This document shows, piece by piece, positions 18,098 through 26,529 of a stretch of DNA of 37,637 bases. The notes under the pieces are model-generated. The model had not been told where the DNA came from. It made no database searches and saw only the letters and a program-made list of their open reading frames with translations. Source of the stretch: Alphaproteobacteria bacterium (lineage in GTDB: Bacteria; Pseudomonadota; Alphaproteobacteria; Rs-D84); contig WRJH01000003.1 of the NCBI GenBank assembly GCA_009782315.1, positions 1 through 37,637 on the forward strand. Direction: 5' to 3'. Position 1 is the stretch's first letter. Every line of letters begins with the position of its first letter. Position numbers and translations under genes: made by a program.

Positions 18098-20503
18098 TTA
18101 TTCCACCTTTACAACCATATCGACTTTTTCGTTTTGGGACAAATTGATTTCCATCCCATCGGCGCGCGCGCCGGACAGGATTACGCCGTGCAGGATTTCC
18201 GGAACGTCGGTATTAACTATTATCTTTTCCAGACGCGCGCCACCTCCAATATGGCGTTCCGAACGAAGTCCCCGCACGGATTTGATAATATCCAATGCAA
18301 TATCCATTTCGGACACGTCTGTATTCCATTCCGCGCACGCGGCCGGATATTCCGTCAAATGTAGCGTTTCGCCGCCTTCGAAACCTTTATAAATCGTCTG
18401 CCATAATTCTTCTGTGATGAACGGCACGAACGGCGCGTAAAGACCCAATATATTTCGCAAGACTTCGAACAAAGTCCATTGCGCGGACAATTTGGATTCT
18501 GCGGAATATTTATCCGGCGACCAGAACCGGTCCTTGATGTATTCAAGATACTGGTCGCAGAACACGGACCAAAAGAATTCGTCGATAGCGGCGCGCGCAT
18601 TGAACGTGTCATACTTGTCCATATGCTTTCGGACTTCGGCGATTGTTTTGTTCAGCTCTGCCAAAACCCATCTGTCTTCGATAAACCGACTTTCGACTTT
18701 CGACTTTCGACTTTCGACTGGTTCAAAATCCGCCAAGTTTCCCAAAACATATTTAGCCGCATTCCAAAGCTTGGTCGACAGTTTTGTTCCGCGTTTTGCT
18801 TCCTCTTCGCTGTATCTTATGTCTTGTCCAATTGGCGTTGTCGACACCCAGTAACGCAGGGCGTCGACGCCGAATTTTTCAATCACTTCGTCGGGGTCCG
18901 TACCGTTGCCTTTGGTTTTGGACATTTTCTGACCTTTGGAATCACGAACCATGCCGTGGATATGGACGGTACGGAACGGGACATCATCCATAACGTACAT
19001 CCCCATCATTACCATTCGCGCAACCCAAAAGAATATTATATCCGTTCCGGTATTCATCAAATCCGTCGGATAATATCTGGAAAGTTCCGGGGTTTTATCC
19101 GGCCAGCCCAGTGTGGAAAAAGGCCACAGCGCGGACGAAAACCAGGTATCCAGAACGGCTTCGTCGCGGACCAGTTTTTTACCGCCCGAAATCATCACCG
19201 CCGCTTCTTCATTTTCCGCAACGTATACGCTTCCGTCTTCGTCGTACCATGCGGGAATCTGGTGGCCCCACCACAGCTGGCGCGATATGGACCATTCGTG
19301 GATATTGTTCATCCACGACATGTAAAGGTTATATCGATGGTCAGGCAAGAATTTGACATCGCCCTTTTCGGCGACTTTGATGGCGCGCGCGGCCAATTTT
19401 TTCGCATCGACGAACCATTCGTCGCGCACCATGTATTCGACGACGCAATTGCCGCGTTCCGAAAATGGCGTGGGTATCGTCTTGTCTTCCACTTTGGTCA
19501 ATGCGCCCGACGATTCCAAATCGGCGATAATTTTTTCACGCGCCTTGTATCTGTCCAATCCGCGATACTCTTCCGGAACCGGTGCGGCGTCTATCAGTTT
19601 CGCATCGTCGGTCAGTATGGATATAACGGCCAAGTTGTGGCGTTTCCCGACTTCCCAGTCGTCCATGTCGTGCGCCGGGGTGATTTTAACGGCGCCGGTG
19701 CCTTTGTCCGGGTCTGCGTGTTCGTCCGCGATGACCGGAATTTCGATGTCGGTCAATGGGATTGTCGCACGCGAACCTATCAGGTGTTTTAATTTTTTAT
19801 TGTCCGGGTGAATGGCTATGGCCTGGTCCGCGAACATTGTTTCCGGCCGGGTTGTCGCGATTTCGATATTGCCGCCCGCGGCCAGCGGATAATTGATATA
19901 ATAGAATTTTCCCTTTTCTTCGCGCACATCTATTTCCAAATCGGAAATGGTTGTCATCTGTTTTGGGCACCAGTTGACCAGACGGCGGGCCTTGTAAATC
20001 AAACCTTCACCGTGCATTTTGACGAACAGTTTTACAACAGCGCGGGACAGGCCTTCGTCCATTGTAAAGCGTTCCCGCGACCACGCCGGGGTCACGCCCA
20101 GCATGTGCAGCTGGTCGATAATCTGACCGCCTTTTTCGGCCTTCCATTTCCATGCGATTTCCAATAATTCCGCGCGGGACAAATCGCGCGGATTGGTTCC
20201 ACGTTTAGAAATGTCCCGTTCGACCAATAATTGGGTGGCGATGGACGCATGGTCGGTTCCCGGTTGCCATAATACGTCGAATCCGGCCATTCTTTTATAC
20301 CGCGCGATGAAATCGGTCATGATGTTTTCCAACGCATGCCCCATGTGCAGATTGCCGGTGACATTAGGCGGCGGCATCATAGTGCAGAAAGCAGGTTTCG
20401 AAGACGTCACATCATTTTCCCAGAACTTGTTATCATCCCAGAATTTCTGTATGCGTTTTTCGATTTCACGCGCGGATATATTCTTTCCCAATTCTATATT
20501 CAT
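18098..20503 (-). CDS. valS: Valyl-tRNA synthetase, short C-terminus
   Basis: PPPNVTGNLHMGHA, ATTRPET, GTGAVKITPAHD, ISRQLWWGH, LDTWFSS, KMSKT. Confidence 0.97.
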   Translation of the reverse strand: MNIELGKNISAREIEKRIQKFWDDNKFWENDVTSSKPAFCTMMPPPNVTGNLHMGHALENIMTDFIARYKRMAGFDVLWQPGTDHASIATQLLVERDISKRGTNPRDLSRAELLEIAWKWKAEKGGQIIDQLHMLGVTPAWSRERFTMDEGLSRAVVKLFVKMHGEGLIYKARRLVNWCPKQMTTISDLEIDVREEKGKFYYINYPLAAGGNIEIATTRPETMFADQAIAIHPDNKKLKHLIGSRATIPLTDIEIPVIADEHADPDKGTGAVKITPAHDMDDWEVGKRHNLAVISILTDDAKLIDAAPVPEEYRGLDRYKAREKIIADLESSGALTKVEDKTIPTPFSERGNCVVEYMVRDEWFVDAKKLAARAIKVAEKGDVKFLPDHRYNLYMSWMNNIHEWSISRQLWWGHQIPAWYDEDGSVYVAENEEAAVMISGGKKLVRDEAVLDTWFSSALWPFSTLGWPDKTPELSRYYPTDLMNTGTDIIFFWVARMVMMGMYVMDDVPFRTVHIHGMVRDSKGQKMSKTKGNGTDPDEVIEKFGVDALRYWVSTTPIGQDIRYSEEEAKRGTKLSTKLWNAAKYVLGNLADFEPVESRKSKVESRFIEDRWVLAELNKTIAEVRKHMDKYDTFNARAAIDEFFWSVFCDQYLEYIKDRFWSPDKYSAESKLSAQWTLFEVLRNILGLYAPFVPFITEELWQTIYKGFEGGETLHLTEYPAACAEWNTDVSEMDIALDIIKSVRGLRSERHIGGGARLEKIIVNTDVPEILHGVILSGARADGMEINLSQNEKVDMVVKVE
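18687..18719. repeat. Heptamer array (CGACTTT)4+ in valS
   Basis: Encodes VESRKSKVESR. Confidence 0.95.
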
Positions 20504-20976
20504 AAATCAATTCCTTGCAATTCAGGCGGCAGTTCGGTGATGGCATGCCAAACCTGGGTCCGACCAAACGGCCCGACTTTGCCGCGTACGCGAAGCAGCG
20601 ACGCATCGTCCTTGTCCTGCCAAATTACGGAAGAATAGACGCTGCCCGACTGGGGGTCCATGATTTTTCCGCCGATATATTCCGTTCCATCCCATTTCAT
20701 GTCCCAGATGATTTCCAGACCGGACATTTTCGGCGCGCCTTTTACTTTTTCGGCGATTTTGACGGGTGCTTTGATTGTTTCGGAAATTTCGCCGGTATCG
20801 GCATCAAACAAAGCTACAATTCGCCCGCACAAGCGGTCTTCGCATTCGTGCAATTGGACGATTGATTTCGGCGCGTTCGTCTTGTCGTCTATGGTTTTGT
20901 AAAACCCGGTATGCGGGGCGGCATGCACACCCAAGGCATAGGGCATAAGGCATAGGGCATAAATTACTTTTTTCAT
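20500..20976 (-). CDS. DUF2147-family exported protein
   Basis: LCGRIV, GLEIIWDM, GGKIMDPQSGSVY, LRVRG, GRTQVW. Confidence 0.88.
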   Translation of the reverse strand: MKKVIYALCLMPYALGVHAAPHTGFYKTIDDKTNAPKSIVQLHECEDRLCGRIVALFDADTGEISETIKAPVKIAEKVKGAPKMSGLEIIWDMKWDGTEYIGGKIMDPQSGSVYSSVIWQDKDDASLLRVRGKVGPFGRTQVWHAITELPPELQGIDL

Positions 20977-21103
20977 AACTGAAATTCCTTTGATAATTTT
21001 AATATTGGACTGGCAAATAATACATTATAAAAAACATAAAATCAACCGTCTTGCGATTCTTAATTCTATGCCTTATGCCTTATGCCCTATGCCCTATGCC
21101 CTA
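20933..21103. repeat. Inverted pair of ARGGCAT / YTATGCC arrays
   Basis: Arms 20933-20962 (DUF2147 signal peptide) and 21066-21103 (ends in comF stop). Confidence 0.93.
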
Positions 21104-21841
21104 AATCGCCCGCACGACTCTGCAAAATACGACGCCGTATACCCGCTTTGCGCCGGCGCGTTTCAAAACGCGGCGCAATTCATAAAATGTGGCGCCGGTT
21201 GTCATGACGTCGTCGACCAACAGGATTGTTTTGCCTTTGATTTCATCCGGGCGGCGAACTTTGAACACTCCGCGGATATTTGCCCTGCGTTCTTTGGCGT
21301 TTTTATGCCCCATGTCTTTTCGGTGGGCTCGCCGGACGGAATCGACGTCCATCGGAACGGCGAAATGTTTCGCGATGGGCCGGGCCAAAAGGGCCGCCTG
21401 GTTGTATCCGCGTTTGAACAATCGCCGGTATGAAAGCGGCACCGGCATGATTAAATCGAACGGCGGAACATCCCCCTTCGCGCATTGCGCTTTGGGGGAC
21501 AGGTCGCGCAGCGAATTAATCATCGCACGCGCCATAAGATTGCGGTATTTCAGCGCGGCCGCATGCTTGAACGGCAACATGACACCCTTTGAAGCGTCGT
21601 CGTAAACGCAAGAGCTTCGCATAAAATCGACAACGTTTTTGCCGGACGCGCACGTGGGGCAAAGCGGCCGCGAACCCAAATCGATATTCGCCGGAAAAGG
21701 ATAGCCGCAAACAAAGCATTTCGGGTCGGAAATCCAGTTGAATTCGGCCCAGCATTTTGCGCACAAAACGCCGTCTTCGGTACCGACGGTTTTACAAACC
21801 GGACAAGACGGCGGGAAAAGAAAATCCAGGATAAATTTCAC
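21101..21841 (-). CDS. comF: ComF family protein (zinc ribbon plus phosphoribosyltransferase)
   Basis: LFPPSCPVC, four CxxC, VPLSYRR, RGYNQA, LLVDDVMTTGAT; GTG start. Confidence 0.93.
   Translation of the reverse strand: MKFILDFLFPPSCPVCKTVGTEDGVLCAKCWAEFNWISDPKCFVCGYPFPANIDLGSRPLCPTCASGKNVVDFMRSSCVYDDASKGVMLPFKHAAALKYRNLMARAMINSLRDLSPKAQCAKGDVPPFDLIMPVPLSYRRLFKRGYNQAALLARPIAKHFAVPMDVDSVRRAHRKDMGHKNAKERRANIRGVFKVRRPDEIKGKTILLVDDVMTTGATFYELRRVLKRAGAKRVYGVVFCRVVRAI
21472..21503 (+). repeat. CCSCCTTCRC-type palindromic repeat in comF
   Basis: CCCCCTTCGCGCATTGCGCTTTGGGGGACAGG; encodes LSPKAQCAKG. Confidence 0.7.
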
Positions 21842-21854
21842 AAAGCCGCCTTTG

Positions 21855-21990
21855 AAAAAGACGGCAGGAGGTCGAAAACTATGCTAGGCAATAGTATGAC
21901 TTATTCAATATATTCAGTCACCCTCCTGCCTGGTGGACAGGAGCATTGCTCATAAGAACAGCCTAGTGAGTTTTTCGAAACTCTATGCTG
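21855..21990 (-). ncRNA. Structured leader RNA (c4/CI-like architecture), copy 2
   Basis: Pairings TCGAAAA/TTTTCGA, CTAGGC/GCCTAG, GGCAGGAGG/CCTCCTGCC; TATAAT at 22001-21996. Confidence 0.55.
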
Positions 21991-22173
21991 AATGCATTAT
22001 AGGATACAACTCAAAGGGAAACAAGGAAAATTTCCAAATAAACCGGGTAAAATTGATTCAAGTGGTGTGATTGGAAATAAAAATTATATTTTTTAATGGG
22101 GAGTGTACTTATATGTACATGACCTATTAAAAAATATAATTTCTTATGACCAGGCGCGCCGCATCAATCGATT

Positions 22174-23433
22174 TTACCACGAAAGGCTTCTTTGCGTGCG
22201 GGTTGATACCGTATCGCCGAAAATATCGCGCTGTTTTTCGACCAGCGTCTGGAAACTGTCGGTCGAAATGACGCGCAGGACGAACGCGTCGCTTTCGCGC
22301 CCGGACAGGACCGGCATAATCTTGTTGTCGGAAACGTTCGAATCTTTCAATGCTTGTTCCACAATGGCCAGGCGGCGCGCGGCCAGGCGGCGGCCATCGA
22401 TGTTTTGGACGGACCTTTCTGGAATGGAAATCTGAATCGCGCGTTTCGGATTTCTGACCACCAGTCCCGCGAAATCGGACAACAGTTGGAAATTGTCGCG
22501 CGACAGCGCGGCATCGTCGCCGCGGAATCCAATCCGTATTTCCAGCGGCCGGGGCAGTTCCTGTTCGGTCAAATCCCGGGCCGAATCGAACCCTTGCATT
22601 TCGACGGACATATCGCTGGCGACATCGAACCGGTCGTCGATTTTATACGTCGACAGGTGCTTGTTTTCGGAAATATATGTTTTCTGGAAAGCGCGGCGCA
22701 ACTGCATCGGGGACAGTTTGTTTAACGGAACATCGTCGTTGTCCGTTGTCCGTTGTCCGTTGTCCGTAACGGCGGCAATTACACTATCGTCATTTACCTT
22801 GTACCCTTTGAAATCATCGAACGGAATTTCCACGCGGGCAAAGGCGATGTCGTTGTTTTCAATCGGCGCCGGCACAAATTCGGGCACGGATGCGGCAACG
22901 TCCGGCGACGGTTTGATTGTCGGCTGGAATGAAATGGCGGGCGCTGGGACGATTGCCGGTACGGAAACCTTTCGTGCGAACAACCTTTCTTCGGGCAACT
23001 CGAAATCATCGGGAAATTCAATCATTGGGCGCGCGGGCACGGGAATTATTTCGGCGGACGGTGCGGGCGCATGGGCGGCGGCGATTGGAACGGGGACGGC
23101 CGCGCCACGTGCTAGCCACGGCGCGTCGTTATTGGCTGCGCGCGCCCACAGATTGTCGTTCGGACGGCGCGGGGTTAAAATATCCGTTGAATTGTTTTCG
23201 GCGGCAACGGGTGCGGGGACTGGTGTTACGGGAACCGCGGCGCGCGCTATAACCCTGGGCGCCCTTTGCGCAACCGGCGCGGGCGCGGGTTTTGGCGGCA
23301 TGCCGAACGCTTCGCGCGCGGACACCATGTGGCCGGGATTGACGGCGGGCAATGCGGCCGACGCAAACGCATCGTGTAAAAAACCGAACGATACGAACGC
23401 CAATGCGCAAAGATAAACCCTTGACGATATCAA
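22174..23433 (-). CDS. Exported Pro/Ala-rich protein with possible OmpA-like C-terminal domain
   Basis: Signal peptide, low-complexity middle, IGFRGDDAALS...RRLAARRLAIVEQAL; TTG start with GGAAGG RBS. Confidence 0.75.
   Translation of the reverse strand: MISSRVYLCALAFVSFGFLHDAFASAALPAVNPGHMVSAREAFGMPPKPAPAPVAQRAPRVIARAAVPVTPVPAPVAAENNSTDILTPRRPNDNLWARAANNDAPWLARGAAVPVPIAAAHAPAPSAEIIPVPARPMIEFPDDFELPEERLFARKVSVPAIVPAPAISFQPTIKPSPDVAASVPEFVPAPIENNDIAFARVEIPFDDFKGYKVNDDSVIAAVTDNGQRTTDNDDVPLNKLSPMQLRRAFQKTYISENKHLSTYKIDDRFDVASDMSVEMQGFDSARDLTEQELPRPLEIRIGFRGDDAALSRDNFQLLSDFAGLVVRNPKRAIQISIPERSVQNIDGRRLAARRLAIVEQALKDSNVSDNKIMPVLSGRESDAFVLRVISTDSFQTLVEKQRDIFGDTVSTRTQRSLSW
22737..22767. repeat. Heptamer array (CGTTGTC)4
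   Basis: Four perfect units encoding TDNGQRTTDN. Confidence 0.93.
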
Positions 23434-23496
23434 CAGACCCTTCCTTTTATAAAATTATAGTAAAAATCCCAAAACCGGGGCAAGCGAAAAATAAGG

Positions 23497-24192
23497 CTAA
23501 CTTTTCCACAAACTGTCTTTGACATTCTTGTCGATAAATTCCGCATGCGCGGCCAATTCGTCGGCCGGCACGTCGAATTCGCGGCGCGGAAAATTCCCGT
23601 CCGATTTCGGCACGGCGGAAAAAGCGTCGCATTGTTTTTGAATTATGTCGGCGATGGATTCGCCGGCAGCGGCAGCCTCCAGTTCCAGATAAACTTTCGC
23701 CAATATTTCCGCGTCGATAAGCGCGCCGTGCGAATCCGCGCGCGTGGCCAAAGATATGCCGAACCATTTGGCCAAAGAATCCAGGGTATAGCTTTTCGGA
23801 CCGAAAATCTTGTTTCGCGCGATTTGAATGGTGTCTACCTGGCGGTCGCGCGAGATGGTGGAAAGCCCCAGCGCGTTCAGTTCGTAATTAATGAACGGAA
23901 AATCGAAATCTATTCCGTTGTGCGCGACGACGGGACTGTCGCCGATAAAATCCAAAAGCTTTTGCGCCAGCGCGGAAAACTTCGGCTTGTCCGAAAGGAA
24001 TTCGTTGGATAGTTTGTGCACCATGTACGATTCGGCGGGGATAATTTTCCCGTCCGGATTTACGTATTCGTGGAAAGTCTTGTCGGTGACGCGCCCGTCG
24101 ATGATTTCGACGGCGCCGATTTCGATAACGCGGTCTCCTTTGTCATAAAAGAACCCGGTGGTTTCGATGTCAAAGCAGATTATTCGTGGCAT
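23497..24192 (-). CDS. dnaQ: DNA polymerase III epsilon subunit
   Basis: DIETTG, DRVIEIGAVE, VAHN..FD, HGALIDAEILAKVYLEL (DEDDh). Confidence 0.95.
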   Translation of the reverse strand: MPRIICFDIETTGFFYDKGDRVIEIGAVEIIDGRVTDKTFHEYVNPDGKIIPAESYMVHKLSNEFLSDKPKFSALAQKLLDFIGDSPVVAHNGIDFDFPFINYELNALGLSTISRDRQVDTIQIARNKIFGPKSYTLDSLAKWFGISLATRADSHGALIDAEILAKVYLELEAAAAGESIADIIQKQCDAFSAVPKSDGNFPRREFDVPADELAAHAEFIDKNVKDSLWKS

Positions 24193-24315
24193 GGTGGCTG
24201 GTGGCTCGTGCTGGTGGCTGGTGACTAAATGGATTCATAGCAAATTTCTATTGGAAATAACAATAAAATTTTTTATACTGCCCCCATGAATCACCAGCCA
24301 CCAGCCACCAGCTAC
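24184..24315. repeat. Inverted pair TGGTGGC / CCACCAG spanning the dnaQ-uvrD divergent promoter
   Basis: Arms 24184-24226 (embeds dnaQ ATG) and 24291-24315 (uvrD HQPPATS). Confidence 0.9.
24251..24279 (+). promoter_or_regulatory. Putative promoter for leaderless uvrD
   Basis: TTGGAA-N17-TATACT, ATG 6 nt downstream, no RBS. Confidence 0.5.
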
Positions 24316-26409
24316 AAATCACGATTAAATCCCGAACAATTGTGCGCCGTGGAAACGACGGACGGTCCGGTTTTGGTTCTGTCCGGCGCGGGTACGGGAA
24401 AGACATCCGTTCTTGTCGCGCGCATGGCGCATATCCTGGACCGGAATTTGGCGCGGCCGTGGGAAATCCTGGCCGTGACGTTTACTAACAAGGCTGCGGC
24501 AGAGATGAGGACCCGTGTCGCGGCGCTTGCGCCTACCCCTGAATGGGTCGGCACTTTTCATTCCATTTGCCTTCGTATATTGCGGATTAATTCTGCGGCG
24601 GCGGGACTTGGCAATAATTTCATAGTGCTGGGCGAAGACGGTCAGAAAGCGGTTTTGAAAACCGTGATAACGGCGATGAAACTGGACACCAAAGAATACC
24701 CGCCCGCGGATTGGGTGGAACGCATATCGGCAATAAAGGACAAGGGCCTGGGCGATAACTCCCCCCTTCGGGGGGAAGTCGACGGCAAAGCCGTCGGTGG
24801 GGGGCAAAAAATCTATAACGCGTACAACGCGGAATTGGCGCGGATGAACGCGGTGGATTTCGGCGATTTGATTTTGAAAGTTTTGGAACTGTTCAAAGGC
24901 CGCCCGGACGTGCTGCAAAAATATCAAAAACAATTCAAATATATCATGGTTGATGAATACCAGGATACGAACGCCGCGCAATACCAATTGCTGCGCATGC
25001 TGGCTGCGGCACATAACAATATATGCTGTGTGGGCGATGATGACCAGTCGATATATTCCTGGCGCGGGGCGGATATAAAAAATATTTTGGGATTCGAAAG
25101 CGATTACGCGGACGCAGACGTAATCAGGTTAGAGACGAATTATCGCAGCACGGGAAATATCCTGGGCGCGGCAAACAGCCTGATACGGCATAACACGGAC
25201 CGTCTGGGCAAAAACCTGCGCGCAAGCGATGGCGCGGGCGACGGCGAAAAAATCCGCATCCTGCATCTGCCGACGGATTTCGACGAAGCGCGCCTGACTG
25301 CGGACGCCATCACCGCGTATCCAGCGGGTGAAGTCGCCGTGCTTATCCGCGCCGGTTCGCTGTCCAGATTGTTCGAAGAAGAATTCGCGCGCCGCGGCAT
25401 AGAATACAAACTTGTCGGCGCGACGAAATTTTACGACCGCATGGAAATAAAGGATACGGTCGCGTACTCGAATCTTCTTGCCCACCCGCACGACGATATT
25501 TCGTTCGCGCGGGTCATATCGAAACCGCGCCGCGGATTCGGCGATGTCGCCGTGCAAAAAATCCGGGATTTCGCCGCGGCGAAAAAAATCGGAATGCTGG
25601 CTGCATTGCGCGAAATGCCGCTGTCGGGCGCGCAAAAAAAATCCGCGGACGAATTTTCGGCCGTATTCGATTTTGCATGGGAAAACATGGCGCCTTCTGA
25701 TGCGGTGTCGGAACTGTTGGAAAAATCCGGATATATGAAAATCTGGGCGGAATCCAAAGACGCGGATGCGCCCGAAAGATTGCAAAATGTCCGGGAATTG
25801 ATTTCGAACGTGATTTCAAAATACGATTCTTTGCCGGAATTTTTGGAACATGCCGCGCTGATGATGACGGACACGGGCGATACGGAACCGGATGCTTCCA
25901 GCCGCGGCGCGGTCGCCATAATGACGATTCATGCGGCAAAGGGCCTGGAATTCGACACGGTGTTTCTGCCCGCGTGGGAGGAAGGAATTTTCCCGAACGA
26001 CATAGCTATAAAAGAAGGCGGAATCGAAGAAGAGCGCCGCCTGGCATACGTTGCCATAACGCGCGCAAAACGCCGTGCGATTATAACGCATACGATGTCG
26101 CGCATGCTTTACGGCACAAGACAACCCGGCACCCAAAGCCGGTTTATCGCAGAGATTGATGAAGAATTCATAGGGCATAAGGCACAAGGCATAAGGCATA
26201 ATAATATAAAACCGGCGGAACATTATTCTGAAAAAACAAAACCCATTTGCCCCATGCCTTATGCCTTATGCCCTAATATGGTCGGCAAACTTGTGACTCA
26301 TGCCGAATTGGGCGGCGGCGTGGTTATAGAGGACGGCGGGGAAATACTGACCGTCGCTTTCAAAGACAAGGGCATTAAAAAAATCGCCCGGAAATTTGTG
26401 GGGTTGTGA
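24286..26409 (+). CDS. uvrD: UvrD/PcrA family helicase
   Basis: GAGTGKT, VTFTNKAA, VDEYQDTN, VGDDDQSIY, NYRS, TIHAAKGLEF, EERRLAYVAITRA. Confidence 0.95.
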   Translation: MNHQPPATSYKSRLNPEQLCAVETTDGPVLVLSGAGTGKTSVLVARMAHILDRNLARPWEILAVTFTNKAAAEMRTRVAALAPTPEWVGTFHSICLRILRINSAAAGLGNNFIVLGEDGQKAVLKTVITAMKLDTKEYPPADWVERISAIKDKGLGDNSPLRGEVDGKAVGGGQKIYNAYNAELARMNAVDFGDLILKVLELFKGRPDVLQKYQKQFKYIMVDEYQDTNAAQYQLLRMLAAAHNNICCVGDDDQSIYSWRGADIKNILGFESDYADADVIRLETNYRSTGNILGAANSLIRHNTDRLGKNLRASDGAGDGEKIRILHLPTDFDEARLTADAITAYPAGEVAVLIRAGSLSRLFEEEFARRGIEYKLVGATKFYDRMEIKDTVAYSNLLAHPHDDISFARVISKPRRGFGDVAVQKIRDFAAAKKIGMLAALREMPLSGAQKKSADEFSAVFDFAWENMAPSDAVSELLEKSGYMKIWAESKDADAPERLQNVRELISNVISKYDSLPEFLEHAALMMTDTGDTEPDASSRGAVAIMTIHAAKGLEFDTVFLPAWEEGIFPNDIAIKEGGIEEERRLAYVAITRAKRRAIITHTMSRMLYGTRQPGTQSRFIAEIDEEFIGHKAQGIRHNNIKPAEHYSEKTKPICPMPYALCPNMVGKLVTHAELGGGVVIEDGGEILTVAFKDKGIKKIARKFVGL
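24759..24804 (+). repeat. CCCC/GGGG double-hairpin palindromic insert in uvrD
   Basis: CTCCCCCC-TTC-GGGGGGAAGT CGACGGC-AAA-GCCGTCG GTGGGGGG; encodes SPLRGEVDGKAVGG. Confidence 0.7.
26169..26275. repeat. Inverted heptamer pair wholly in frame within uvrD
   Basis: Arms 26169-26201 (IGHKAQGIRH) and 26246-26275 (ICPMPYALCP). Confidence 0.92.
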
Positions 26410-26428
26410 TTCGTGGTTGGTGGTTCGT
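26404..26428. repeat. TGGTGGT-type array containing the uvrD stop
   Basis: ttgtgat tcgtggt tggtggt tcgt, abutting a REP. Confidence 0.75.
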
Positions 26429-26498
26429 AGGGGCGCATATATGCGCCCTTTAATTATGAACACGTTCATACTATACGGGCGCATATATCCACCCCTAC
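26427..26498. repeat. GTAG-type REP doublet
   Basis: GTAGGGGCGCATATATGCGCCC ... GGGCGCATATATCCACCCCTAC. Confidence 0.9.
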
Positions 26499-26529
26499 AA
26501 AAAACGGATTCTTTCGAATCCGTTTTTTT
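26499..26529. terminator. Bidirectional intrinsic terminator
   Basis: AAAAAACGGATTC-TTTC-GAATCCGTTTTTTT. Confidence 0.9.
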
